Part shown: piece by piece, positions 15,082 through 24,311 of the stretch | How positions within the stretch are numbered: position 1 is the stretch's first letter | How the letters are laid out: every line of letters starts with the position of its first letter | Virus record (IMG/VR): IMGVR_UViG_3300030330_006026 | Span: 1-25,375 of that record | Reading direction: 5' to 3' (one strand) | DNA: 25,375 nt | Source: a virus | Taxonomy: Duplodnaviria > Caudoviricetes | Position numbers and translations under genes: made by a program | The notes under the pieces: generated by a model | The model's input: only the letters and a program-made list of their open reading frames with translations | What the model was told of the DNA's origin: nothing | Database searches by the model: none

Positions 15082-16593
15082 CTAAGCAGGGATGATGTAT
15101 CCGTGGCCATGCATAGGATGTACAAGGTGCAATGATTGCTTTGCCCTAGTTAAGCCGACATAAAACACACGCGCTTCGTCATCCTGCTCTGCAGCAGTCC
15201 ACCGGCTACGTGATCGCTTACTTATATCGGTCACCAAACACACGTTATCAGCTTGGGCACCTTTTGCCCTGTGAATGGTTGATATACGGATGCGGGGCTT
15301 ACCTGTCAAGTTTTCACCTTTTTTCAAACAAGCTGCGATGTACCGCCGGTCGCGCTCGCTAACTAGGGCTAGTGCTTCGTGCCAAGGTGCTTTAGTCATC
15401 AAGCCAAAGTTATCCATCAAGTCTTGCAAACTGTACAAGCCGTCTTCTTCAATGTTCGGCAGCCCCTTGTAGCCGTAGGCGATCTGATCGTTTATGCGGA
15501 AGTATTTGTACACTTTGCGTATCTCAGCCACAGGTAAACGCGCACCCTCGCGCAACCGCTCCCACAAAGTGATTGCACGTATCACCTTACTGTCAGCGGT
15601 AGAGCTGCCCTCAAAGTCATACAAAAAGCCACGGCTGCGCACCTCTTCCTCAAGCTGGTTAGCGCCACGCACAGTGCGAGCTAGCAACAGCCAATCACCA
15701 CTGGATAAGTCAACCTGCTCGCTGTGCCTGTACCAAAACAGAGTGCCATCTTCATCACGCGGCATGAACGTTTTATCCCTGCGCGAAAAGATGCGCTGTA
15801 TCAACTTCTGGCTGACTTCATGGTGTGAACGTGGTATGCGGTACGACTGTGACAGCGTATGTACTTTGCCCGCAAGATTGATGAAGTGGTCAACATCAGC
15901 ACCCGCCCATCGGTAGATAGCTTGGTCATCATCACCTGCGATATACACGCGCTGTGCGCGCTCGGCTATTTTGTGGACCATGCGCCACTGCAAACTAGAT
16001 AAGTCTTGTGCTTCGTCAACAATTACAACGTCTAATCGGGGTGCGAACTCACTAGCTACAAAATGCTCGATCATGTCAGTGTAATCAAACATGGAATGGA
16101 CTTTTTTGTAGTGGGCAAGCCCACGAGCAACATACTCAAGATTGCGCCACGTAATCAAATGCCGGGCTGGGCTGTCTTCATATACTTTGCGCAGTGGCTT
16201 TTGAATGATGCGCGCAATATTGATTAACTCAAGGTATTTATCGCCGTAGCCAAAATCTCTGAACGGGCCTGTTTCTGTATCATATCCAAAAAAGCTACCA
16301 ATTTTCAGCCAGTTCGCTACTTCGTCAAAATGCTTACGGCCCATGATTTGGCTACGGATAATACCGATTTGTGTGTATGCAAGGCTGTGTAGAGTTCTAA
16401 AATACGGTAGGTCACTTGCAGAAAGGTTGAACCGCTCCATAGCGCGGTGCTTTGCCTCAAGGCTGGCACGCCGCGTGAACGCTAAGTAAGCGATACGATC
16501 TGGTGGCACACCATCTGCCAAACATTTTTCTACAATGCGTATGCTAGTTTCTGTTTTGCCCGTGCCTGGTGGGCCAAGGAATATTTCTATCAT
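15082..16593 (-). CDS. UvrD/Rep-like SF1 DNA helicase
   Basis: Walker A 'GPPGTGKT', 'LAFTR', 'TLHS', 'VDEAQD', 'GDDDQAIY', 'QSYR', 'STIHRAKG', 'YVGLTRAK'. Confidence 0.95.
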   Translation of the reverse strand: MIEIFLGPPGTGKTETSIRIVEKCLADGVPPDRIAYLAFTRRASLEAKHRAMERFNLSASDLPYFRTLHSLAYTQIGIIRSQIMGRKHFDEVANWLKIGSFFGYDTETGPFRDFGYGDKYLELINIARIIQKPLRKVYEDSPARHLITWRNLEYVARGLAHYKKVHSMFDYTDMIEHFVASEFAPRLDVVIVDEAQDLSSLQWRMVHKIAERAQRVYIAGDDDQAIYRWAGADVDHFINLAGKVHTLSQSYRIPRSHHEVSQKLIQRIFSRRDKTFMPRDEDGTLFWYRHSEQVDLSSGDWLLLARTVRGANQLEEEVRSRGFLYDFEGSSTADSKVIRAITLWERLREGARLPVAEIRKVYKYFRINDQIAYGYKGLPNIEEDGLYSLQDLMDNFGLMTKAPWHEALALVSERDRRYIAACLKKGENLTGKPRIRISTIHRAKGAQADNVCLVTDISKRSRSRWTAAEQDDEARVFYVGLTRAKQSLHLVHPMHGHGYIIPA

Positions 16594-18125
16594 AGCACGT
16601 CTTTTTCAGCGGCGAGTGGTGGTAGGGCTAAGGGCTGCTCTTCACCTTCAAACATGCTTTGCGGTAACGACCATACATGCACGCCCTTATTGCGCACTCG
16701 CCAAAACGTTTTTTCAGCAGTCATGTCTTGTAGGCGCAACGTAATTTTGTTTGACCCGTATGAGGTGAAGTCGTTAGCTTGTAGATGCTTGCGCACATCT
16801 TTCACCTGGAAAAACACGCGGTCCTCCACCCATACGGATATGCCTTGCAGAATGTCGTCGCGGTCTGTACCACGCGCCCGCTCACAGCAAAATGAAAACA
16901 GTAAGTCTTCAAACTCACCTTCAAGCGTGGCATCAGGCGGCACCTCAACCACAGTAACGTTATCTAATAGTGTCTGTATTTTGGTCTGCCAAGCGCGTTG
17001 GTTTACCGTAACGGGAAACCTGTTAATCTGCGCAACGCACTCTTTTTGAAACTGCGTTTGTACCGTCAGGCCACTGGTAGTTAGCTCAAGCCGCTGGCCA
17101 TCTACGTTCAGCAGCCATATGGGTGGATCACCATTTATTTTTGTTAAACTAGAAAGGTCGCTACTTATGCCTGTTGGTCCTACACCATACTTACGCTCAC
17201 GGCATAAAACTTTATCACAGTGTGCATTTATAGGTTGGTCCTCACAACGGTAAAAATAATCTTTTTTACTAAGCTGTTTTATTATGGTGCCCACTTCATT
17301 GTGACCAAGGGGCGGGTTCAAATGTTCAATATTATATTTATGCACTAATGTTTCCCAGTTCTCTTCATCAAACATTCGTGCATATACGCCTAGATTAAAC
17401 AGCGCATTATTGCGGCTGCCCTCGGTAAACCCGCGTGCGCATAAATGTTGAAGGCACGGTGGCCCTTGTTCAAGAACTTCAGTGGGTGCGTATCCGCCAA
17501 ACAGTTCAGCTATGTTTAGAACATGAAATTGTTCAAAGTTCAAAGTACGTTCTTTAGAAACAGAGATAAATTCAGCCATATCCAAACTATTACCGGTAGT
17601 ATCAAAAGCGTACCGTACGGTGCGCTCACCGGCTTGATACGGCATATTCAAAAAATTACCAACGTCGCCACGGTCAAGAAGTAATTGCTCTTGTTTTGGA
17701 AATATTTCGCTTTTTGCAAACCCTAATGTCGCGGCTAATTCTGTAAGTTTCCGCCGCATATCTGCAGCAGTCACTGGTTCACTACAAAACATCCATAAAT
17801 GTGCGCCGCCAGACTTACTACGACCGACCACTACAGGTATTTGTTTTGTGGCTAACTCTTTAGCTAACTTCGGTAAGTCAACCGAATAATCATCAATATC
17901 AATAGCTCCCCAATAGCAGGTATTATCGGTACGGATAGGTATGATGGCCAGTCCCGTACCTCCTGCTAAGTGTTCCTTCCAATGTTCCACGGTAGCCGGC
18001 AGGCGAACAGCACTCGTTGTGCCTTGTTGTTTCACCCGCCCATTAGATTGCCCAATTACAAAAATGCCATGTGCAATCTCGCTACCTTGGAACAGTTCAA
18101 AGAACTGCTCCGCTATGTCCTGCAT
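16590..18125 (-). CDS. AEP-superfamily primase(-polymerase) with PriCT domain
   Basis: 'AIDIDD' (motif I), 'SKSGGAHLW' (motif II), 'GNFLNMPY', and 'PPCL...EGSRNNALF' (PriCT-1-like). Confidence 0.85.
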   Translation of the reverse strand: MQDIAEQFFELFQGSEIAHGIFVIGQSNGRVKQQGTTSAVRLPATVEHWKEHLAGGTGLAIIPIRTDNTCYWGAIDIDDYSVDLPKLAKELATKQIPVVVGRSKSGGAHLWMFCSEPVTAADMRRKLTELAATLGFAKSEIFPKQEQLLLDRGDVGNFLNMPYQAGERTVRYAFDTTGNSLDMAEFISVSKERTLNFEQFHVLNIAELFGGYAPTEVLEQGPPCLQHLCARGFTEGSRNNALFNLGVYARMFDEENWETLVHKYNIEHLNPPLGHNEVGTIIKQLSKKDYFYRCEDQPINAHCDKVLCRERKYGVGPTGISSDLSSLTKINGDPPIWLLNVDGQRLELTTSGLTVQTQFQKECVAQINRFPVTVNQRAWQTKIQTLLDNVTVVEVPPDATLEGEFEDLLFSFCCERARGTDRDDILQGISVWVEDRVFFQVKDVRKHLQANDFTSYGSNKITLRLQDMTAEKTFWRVRNKGVHVWSLPQSMFEGEEQPLALPPLAAEKDVL

Positions 18126-18913
18126 TAGAACGGTGCTTCTTCATCACCCGCAGGTGCCACCGTTTCTTTAGCTTGTACATCGCCCGCAGCACACGCTTTT
18201 TTGAAGTCAACGCACTGTAAGAACAACGCCTCATCAGCTTGGCCACCACCGGCAGCAAGCTGACGTTCATGGGCGATGTCCCACCCAAACCAGTCACCTT
18301 TGTCGTTTGACTCAGCAACAGTTTTAAGCCGGTACATTTGGCTGAAGCTAGGCAGATTGAACAACGTGCCATCCTTACGCTTGCCTTGGAAGCTGGCCTG
18401 TAAGGCAAGCCAACGCCGGGATTTTTTGAGCTGCGTGCTAGACATTGTGATGATGCACTTATGCAAAGCACCAGCATGTGGCATGATTACAAAAAACTGC
18501 GCAGTGTTCGTAAGCAAATTGCCGTTGGGCAAAATGTCCTCACCGCGGTCATTTTTTGTAGTGGTTTTTATGATAGCATCGTCTGGGCTGTGTGAACTTA
18601 CGAAGCCGCCACCAGATGCACGCGGCTGCCACTCAATAAAGCGGCGGTTGAAGTAGCATGGCACAACAGATATACCTTGCTCACCATCGTACACTTCGTT
18701 GCTGACAGTGTTGAAAATCATGCCAGCCTCGGCACCATCAACATACGCACCATCACGCTTGTTCACTTGTGGGCTTAACTGTGCAAGTATGCGCAGAAAC
18801 GGTATGGCAAGGTCGTCAGCAGTGACTTCTTCCATGCCCTCGCCAGCAAACGATTCAAAGGCGCTGGCGTCAAACGCGACGACCTCACCTTCGGACTTCT
18901 TTACAACGGCCAT
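18125..18913 (-). CDS. Conserved phage replication protein, putative ssDNA-binding protein
   Basis: 'DLAIPFLRILAQLSPQV', 'MSSTQLKKSRRW', 'ESNDKGDWFGW'; acidic tail ending 'DEEAPF' is SSB-like. It lies next to the primase. Confidence 0.6.
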   Translation of the reverse strand: MAVVKKSEGEVVAFDASAFESFAGEGMEEVTADDLAIPFLRILAQLSPQVNKRDGAYVDGAEAGMIFNTVSNEVYDGEQGISVVPCYFNRRFIEWQPRASGGGFVSSHSPDDAIIKTTTKNDRGEDILPNGNLLTNTAQFFVIMPHAGALHKCIITMSSTQLKKSRRWLALQASFQGKRKDGTLFNLPSFSQMYRLKTVAESNDKGDWFGWDIAHERQLAAGGGQADEALFLQCVDFKKACAAGDVQAKETVAPAGDEEAPF

Positions 18914-18914
18914 G

Positions 18915-19478
18915 TTATCCCTTCCTCAAGATAGTTGCCTTTTCCCCAATAAACACATTGAACAGGTCATGGGGCAGGTCTGCACCCTGTTCAACTTGCT
19001 CACGTACAAAAGCCTTCAAGGTCATAGGTTCAATCCACTTTTTAGTGCTGACCCTATGGCCTGTGCCCTCAAGCGAGTCTGCTAATGTAACAGCATCGTT
19101 CTCCTCACCCCGGCTGAAACTAGCCGTGACTTGGTTTTTGATCAGGTCGCCAAACCCGTTTTTGTTCAGCCAATCGTATGCTGTTTCCGTATTATCTTTG
19201 TTGATTGAAGCACCGTAGTACGGCTTGATAGATATCTTACTGCCATCGCGTAGTTCAACACTGCTCAACCCAATCTCCTGCATCGCGGCAGGTAATAAGT
19301 CTTCCTGTACAGAACGTAGCTCTTCCTTAAACTTTTTGAGCTTGCCTTCTGCAACAGTTATTTTGTCATGCAAGGCTAGTTGCCGCTGAGCCAGATTGCT
19401 CACTGTTTCAAGCTGCACATCCTGCATTTGAAACTCGTCATGTGCTAGCTCAAACATGTCTACTGAATCTTCTGTCAT
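18915..19478 (-). CDS. Conserved phage replication-module protein with coiled coil
   Basis: 'AYDWL..NGFGDLIKN', 'EPMTLKAFVREQ'; this family usually sits next to the SSB-like gene. Confidence 0.75.
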   Translation of the reverse strand: MTEDSVDMFELAHDEFQMQDVQLETVSNLAQRQLALHDKITVAEGKLKKFKEELRSVQEDLLPAAMQEIGLSSVELRDGSKISIKPYYGASINKDNTETAYDWLNKNGFGDLIKNQVTASFSRGEENDAVTLADSLEGTGHRVSTKKWIEPMTLKAFVREQVEQGADLPHDLFNVFIGEKATILRKG

Positions 19479-19805
19479 TTACTGTCCTCCACACAAGGCA
19501 CGGTGCGTCCACAAATCTACCAACACGGGCTGGTAGGTTTGACTAAGGCGGTCCCACCGCAATAATCTAAACAAGCCACCCGTAGTATCGCTGACAACAG
19601 CGCATGCGATGCCAATCCAAACAGGGTCGCCTGCCAGAATCAAGTAGTCTCGATTTGTAAGAAAGTCATGCAAGGTTTCTTGCACAGTTTTGATATTCTG
19701 CTGCGTTACTGGTGAGTCGGGGGGCAGCAACGTTTCAACTTCACCAAACTGAAACGCATGTGAGATGTCTCTGCCACGCATTTCTTGGGTTATGTACACC
19801 GTCAT
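19479..19805 (-). CDS. Conserved small alpha/beta phage protein
   Basis: Start MTVYITQE is ATGA-coupled; 'DISHAFQFGEV..LLP...DYLILAGDP...LLRWDR'. Confidence 0.7.
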   Translation of the reverse strand: MTVYITQEMRGRDISHAFQFGEVETLLPPDSPVTQQNIKTVQETLHDFLTNRDYLILAGDPVWIGIACAVVSDTTGGLFRLLRWDRLSQTYQPVLVDLWTHRALCGGQ

Positions 19806-19876
19806 GGCATGTTGCCTATGACAAGGTAACAACCGAACGCTAGTAACCAAATTGTGAAGTAAACTGTCGTAAGCAT
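19802..19876 (-). CDS. 24-aa hydrophobic micro-protein (MLTTVYFTIWLLAFGCYLVIGNMP), not in the ORF track
   Basis: Translated by hand. Strong RBS AGAAAGGAGG; stop overlaps the next start (ATGA). Confidence 0.55.
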   Translation of the reverse strand: MLTTVYFTIWLLAFGCYLVIGNMP

Positions 19877-19956
19877 GGGGCCTCCTTTCTACGAGTGCGC
19901 TTACCGTATTACAGTATTGCGGCGCTGAGGTTATGCCGCAAATGGTATTTTGTCAA

Positions 19957-21399
19957 TCAGACTAACCACTTTTTGTAACCCTCAGCCATCACCTCTGTGG
20001 CCAAGTTCAGCTTGCGCCGTAGGGCAAACAGTATCTTGCTGTCTACGCTTTGCGAAGTGACGATGTCAATATATGTCACCTTATTAGTTTGGCCGATGCG
20101 GTGCGCTCTGTCCTCTGATTGCAGGCGCACCTCAAGGTCAAAACCGTTGGAGTAGTAGATCACCGTTTTGGCTTCTGTCAGGGTCAAGCCATAACCGCCA
20201 GACCTCGGCTGCCCTACAAAAAAGCGTAGAGGATTTACCGGGTCTTGGAACTGTCTTACGATATCAGTGCGGTCTTCTGTTGACGTATCACCATAAAATA
20301 AGCGGTAACTTTTTTCTCCATACACTGCTTTAAGTTCAGCGGCTACTCGCTTCAAATCATGGGTAAAATTACACCAGATAATCATCTTGCCATCTGTTTC
20401 TTCAATAGCAGCCATCAAGGCTTTGATCTTGTTGGTAGGCAACTCTACAAGCACGCCCTCATCTGTTTTAACGTAGCCAGAACATATCTGTTGCATGCGC
20501 AGCATTTGTGACAGCACCGTGCTTGCTGTTACCTGGCCCTCTGCCAAGAACGCCATCGCAGCTTTTTTCATAGTGTTGTATGCTGCTTTTTGTTCTGGCG
20601 TAAACTCAACCTCACGCTGCACATACACCTTATCAGGTAAATCAAGGCACTCCTCTTTGCGTACCCGGTAGCTGAACGGTTGTATAATGCGGTTCAGCTC
20701 ATCAAGGTTTTGGTAGCCCATCACTTGTTGAAAGCTGTGCGCGCCCAAGGTGCGTCGTTGCACTTTGGCGTATCTGTTCAAAAAGCCCCAGTAACTCGCT
20801 TGCTGCAAACAGCCACGTTCCAAAAACTCACACTGCGAAAACAAATCCAGCGGGCTTTGCGTGATAGGCGACCCCGTAAGTATGCGTTTATATTTTACAA
20901 ACTTTGCAATCCGGGTCAGGGCCTTTGTGCGTGCCGCAGTCCGGCTTTTGATTGTTGTGCTCTCGTCAACAGCCAACAGCATGTCGGGGAAGGCTTTTAC
21001 TACGCTGAACAAAAAATCAGCGCCACGCTTTGTGCTCAAGGCTTCTACGTTCATAAACAGTAGCTTCAACATGTCAGGCTGTGGGTTCATAAACTGTAAC
21101 CGCGCGCCCTCAAAATGTGAGCTTTTGCTAGGGCTCCAGCACAGTACGTCTAGCGGAATGTCACTAGATAGGTGCTTCTCAAGCTCATTGTGAAACCAGT
21201 TCAGATAAACGCTTTTTGGTGCGATGATACAGGCACACGATATCTCGCCACGCTGACGCAGTATGCCGATGTTATCAAGCAGCACTTTACTTTTACCAGT
21301 GCCCATATCCATGAAATACGCGAAGAACTTTTTATTGTAGCCGCGCTCCAAGGCTTTACGCTGGTGCTCGTATGGCTCAGTTTTGAAGGTATATTTCAT
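19957..21399 (-). CDS. SNF2-family (SF2) helicase
   Basis: 'MDMGTGKS', 'VDEST', 'LTGSP', 'GGYGLTL', 'QSEDRAHRIGQ'. Confidence 0.95.
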   Translation of the reverse strand: MKYTFKTEPYEHQRKALERGYNKKFFAYFMDMGTGKSKVLLDNIGILRQRGEISCACIIAPKSVYLNWFHNELEKHLSSDIPLDVLCWSPSKSSHFEGARLQFMNPQPDMLKLLFMNVEALSTKRGADFLFSVVKAFPDMLLAVDESTTIKSRTAARTKALTRIAKFVKYKRILTGSPITQSPLDLFSQCEFLERGCLQQASYWGFLNRYAKVQRRTLGAHSFQQVMGYQNLDELNRIIQPFSYRVRKEECLDLPDKVYVQREVEFTPEQKAAYNTMKKAAMAFLAEGQVTASTVLSQMLRMQQICSGYVKTDEGVLVELPTNKIKALMAAIEETDGKMIIWCNFTHDLKRVAAELKAVYGEKSYRLFYGDTSTEDRTDIVRQFQDPVNPLRFFVGQPRSGGYGLTLTEAKTVIYYSNGFDLEVRLQSEDRAHRIGQTNKVTYIDIVTSQSVDSKILFALRRKLNLATEVMAEGYKKWLV

Positions 21400-21557
21400 A
21401 GCTCATCAAGCCTTTTGTGAACATGCAAGCGTCAAGCGCCAATGCACTGCTGAACAGCAATACGCTCAGTAGGATTGCTTGCCAGTAAACCATGCTGCAC
21501 CGTAGCTAGCCCGACTGTGCAGGAACACCGTTTTTTGTTCATTATACAGTTTTGCAA

Positions 21558-21740
21558 AAACTTTTACTATATAGATGAGATATCGGAGAAATTTGATGAG
21601 AAAATTTTATTTTCTCCAAAAATATTCCAATATCTCACTATCTCGCTATCACAAAAAGTCTGACTGGCCCGCGCGACGATTTTGATTTTTTTACAAAAGT
21701 GAAGGCCGGATCTCCGCTATCACTCTCTATATAGCAAACT
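21558..21740. repeat. AT-rich non-coding element B (origin-like); inverted homolog of 628-872
   Basis: See element A. It has its own imperfect terminal inverted repeats: TTTACTATATAGATGAGATATCGGA (21563-21587) and TCCGCTATCACTCTCTATATAGCAAA (21713-21738). Confidence 0.8.
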
Positions 21741-22383
21741 AATTATTCAGCGGATTGTCCAAGGCTTTCTGCACTTTTTCATTCAGCCTTGTTTCATAAT
21801 CTGCCATCTGTTTGTCGAAGTTTGCCTGGAGTTTATCCATTTGGCGATTGACGTTCTTCTGCAACCGATCCAGTGCTGTATCCACTTTGTTTCGCAGGGC
21901 AGTACCCTCTTTTTTGTTTTCCCTATCCAGAGTGCGGAAGTCCTCACGCAACCCACGGCGAGTGTTTGCAATACGTTCTTCTGTTTCGTGAAGCACGCCA
22001 CGCATCTCTTTCTCAAAAGAGCGTAACACATCACGCATCTGGCGATCGAGGTTTGTCGTTTTTGTTTCTATTTTGTAGATGATATCTTGCTGTTGATTAA
22101 TCTCAGCTTTCAAATCAGTTTTGATGTCACGCGCTACTTCTTCAGTAAGCCGCACAAGTTCAACTTGCTCATCTACTTTTGACTGCACCACGGCAAGGCG
22201 ATTATCAAAACCAGAAAGGTCAGGCGCGACATAGTTTTCAATCATCTCGCGCATGTTCATATAATCTTTGTAGAACTCAAACGCGCCGTACAAGCCACCA
22301 GCCAGCGTTGACAGGCCCATGATAACAGCCACCATACGCCCGCCTTTGAACTTGATACCTGCAAACTCTAGCTCAGCCATCAA
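21739..22383 (-). CDS. Membrane-anchored coiled-coil protein (conserved marine-phage hypothetical)
   Basis: N-terminal TM 'MVAVIMGLSTLAGGLYGAF', long heptad region, terminal 'KALDNPL'. Confidence 0.8.
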   Translation of the reverse strand: MMAELEFAGIKFKGGRMVAVIMGLSTLAGGLYGAFEFYKDYMNMREMIENYVAPDLSGFDNRLAVVQSKVDEQVELVRLTEEVARDIKTDLKAEINQQQDIIYKIETKTTNLDRQMRDVLRSFEKEMRGVLHETEERIANTRRGLREDFRTLDRENKKEGTALRNKVDTALDRLQKNVNRQMDKLQANFDKQMADYETRLNEKVQKALDNPLNN

Positions 22384-24311
22384 CGTTTTCCTTCAACGCG
22401 GCCTGTGTATTGTTGCTGTTCTAGCTGGTTGAACTTAGCATCGTTCAGCAAGTATCTACTCACCCGCCTGTTATCTACTACCTCGCCACCCGGCATTTGT
22501 TGCTGATTATAAAACGGTTTGTCCTGTAGCTGCACACCCGTATAGTTTTTGAACCCTGGAACGTAACTCATCACTGCAATAACGTTTAGTTGGAGTTGTT
22601 TTTGTTGTTCCAATGCAGCACTCTCACCCATGCGCTCGGCAAGGTTTTGACTGCGCTTGGCAATCAGCTTACGAACTTTTTGCAACTTACGTTGCTCTTT
22701 TTTCTTGGGCTTTTCCTCAACCTTTTTCTCGGGCTGTTGATCTTTTCCTTCTGCCTCTTTTTGGTTTTCTACTTCATCTGTAGATTTGTCGCGATCTGGT
22801 TCGGCACCAACTTCCGGCTCATCACGGGCAGGGGCTGACACTTCCTCCTCTTCAAGCTCCTCTACAAGCTCCTGTTCTATCTCGGCAACAACCTGCTCCT
22901 GCTGTTCGGCCAGTGCCTCCTGGGTCTGCATACGGACCTCAGTCTGCAGTTCAAGGCGGCGCTCTAGTACAGCAACAGTTTGCACATCTACAACCGGCAG
23001 TTCGGGCACCACGGTAGTCACGTTAGGTAAACCTTCTACCTCGACCACAGCGGTTACATCCTCTGCTACGGATACAACTTGTGTGGCATCTTGCTGTGCA
23101 TCGGGTACTACTTCCTCTGTAACTTCAACGGCAGGTTCTTCTTCCTCAACCGCTACCACCTCTTCCTCTTCTTCAAGCAGGGTTGCGGCAAGCGCATCTT
23201 GGTAGCCATCACACGTTGGGCTGAACAACGGGTCAACAGAACAGTTTTGGGCAATCACAGCTTCGGCATAGCCTGGGCAACCTGAGTCGTACAGCGCATC
23301 AAGGCTGCACTGCTGCGCATAGTAAGCCTCGGCATAACCGGGGCACCCGGTATCGTACAGGGCGTCAAGGCTGCACTGCTGGTCGTAATAAGCCTCGGCA
23401 TAGCCTGGGCAGCCGCTATCATACAAGGCATTTTGGCTGCACTGCTGATTGTAGTAGGCTTGCTCGTACCCGGCGCATGAACTGCTGTACAGCGGGTCAC
23501 TGTCACATGGGTCAGCAGGCTCCTGTGTGACCACATCACCACCGCCACCGCCACCGCCGCCTGTGTCTGTTGTGGTGTTGGTCAGCCCGGTTGTGCTGCC
23601 GTTCTGGTAACTATACTGCGTACCGTTTGGCGACCAGCCAGTGATGCGAGTATCCTCAAAAGCAGAGCCAAATACATACGGCTGCTCTGCTGTGCCGCTG
23701 CCGTGGTCAAACTGGTGTAACTGACCTTGTGTTACATCGCCCATAATTGCGATTGTATAGCTATGGTCTGTCAACTCCATATAGTCGTGGTGCATATCAA
23801 ACGAGCCATCTGGCCGTATCTCCAGCCCTACACTGTTTGCATTGTTTGTGTCAAACTCATCCAAGCCCTTCCACATATATCGTTGAAACTGGTCGGAGCC
23901 TTGCGTATACAGTTTTGCTTTGCCGTCAGCTTGAATCAAGTCTGTCCAAAATACGGCGATTGCATAATTGTAAGTGTTTACAGTGATTGTTGCGCTTTGC
24001 AAATCAATCCCGTCACAGCACCAATGGAAGGTGGGCGTTGATACATCGGTGGCCGTAAAGCTGACTACACCGTTTGTATGCATGTGCGAGCGCGTAAACG
24101 TCTGCCCAAAAAAGGGGAAGTCAAACTGCAAATCAACGATAGCTGACTGATCATCAGCAATGGTCAATTCGTTGATTGTACCATCTGCGTCGCTGGTAAC
24201 TTGTGCTCTGGCATCAAAGGAGTAGAAGCAACCCAAGAAGGCCCAGAGAACCCCAACCAAACATAGATTTTTCATTGGCTTCCTGCTGTTTACGGTCTGC
24301 ATCTTCATCAC
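22380..24311 (-). CDS. Secreted/surface protein: NIDO(nidogen)-like domain, Cys-rich 22-aa repeats and acidic stalk
   Basis: Signal-like segment; 'VDLQFDFPFFGQTF...TNGVVSF...IAVFWTDL' is NIDO-like; Gly tract; repeats; E-rich region. True start may be the second or third Met. Confidence 0.75.
   Translation of the reverse strand: MMKMQTVNSRKPMKNLCLVGVLWAFLGCFYSFDARAQVTSDADGTINELTIADDQSAIVDLQFDFPFFGQTFTRSHMHTNGVVSFTATDVSTPTFHWCCDGIDLQSATITVNTYNYAIAVFWTDLIQADGKAKLYTQGSDQFQRYMWKGLDEFDTNNANSVGLEIRPDGSFDMHHDYMELTDHSYTIAIMGDVTQGQLHQFDHGSGTAEQPYVFGSAFEDTRITGWSPNGTQYSYQNGSTTGLTNTTTDTGGGGGGGGDVVTQEPADPCDSDPLYSSSCAGYEQAYYNQQCSQNALYDSGCPGYAEAYYDQQCSLDALYDTGCPGYAEAYYAQQCSLDALYDSGCPGYAEAVIAQNCSVDPLFSPTCDGYQDALAATLLEEEEEVVAVEEEEPAVEVTEEVVPDAQQDATQVVSVAEDVTAVVEVEGLPNVTTVVPELPVVDVQTVAVLERRLELQTEVRMQTQEALAEQQEQVVAEIEQELVEELEEEEVSAPARDEPEVGAEPDRDKSTDEVENQKEAEGKDQQPEKKVEEKPKKKEQRKLQKVRKLIAKRSQNLAERMGESAALEQQKQLQLNVIAVMSYVPGFKNYTGVQLQDKPFYNQQQMPGGEVVDNRRVSRYLLNDAKFNQLEQQQYTGRVEGKR
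23184..23513 (-). repeat. Five in-frame 66-bp repeats encoding QQCSLDALYDSGCPGYAEAYYx
   Basis: Visible in both protein and DNA; the central three units are near-identical. Confidence 0.9.

Noticed and set aside
21377-21493. 38-aa hydrophobic minus-strand ORF (MVYWQAILLSVLLFSSALALDAC...)
   Set aside because: Plausible but lacks a clear RBS and overlaps the SNF2 start; not enough support to call.
628-21740. Inverted elements as transposon or MITE ends
   Set aside because: No transposase, integrase or invertase in the window, no evident target-site duplication, and the enclosed genes are core phage genes.
23184-23513. 66-bp periodicity as a CRISPR array or DGR template/variable repeat
   Set aside because: The repeats are in-frame coding units without unique spacers, and no cas or reverse-transcriptase gene is present.
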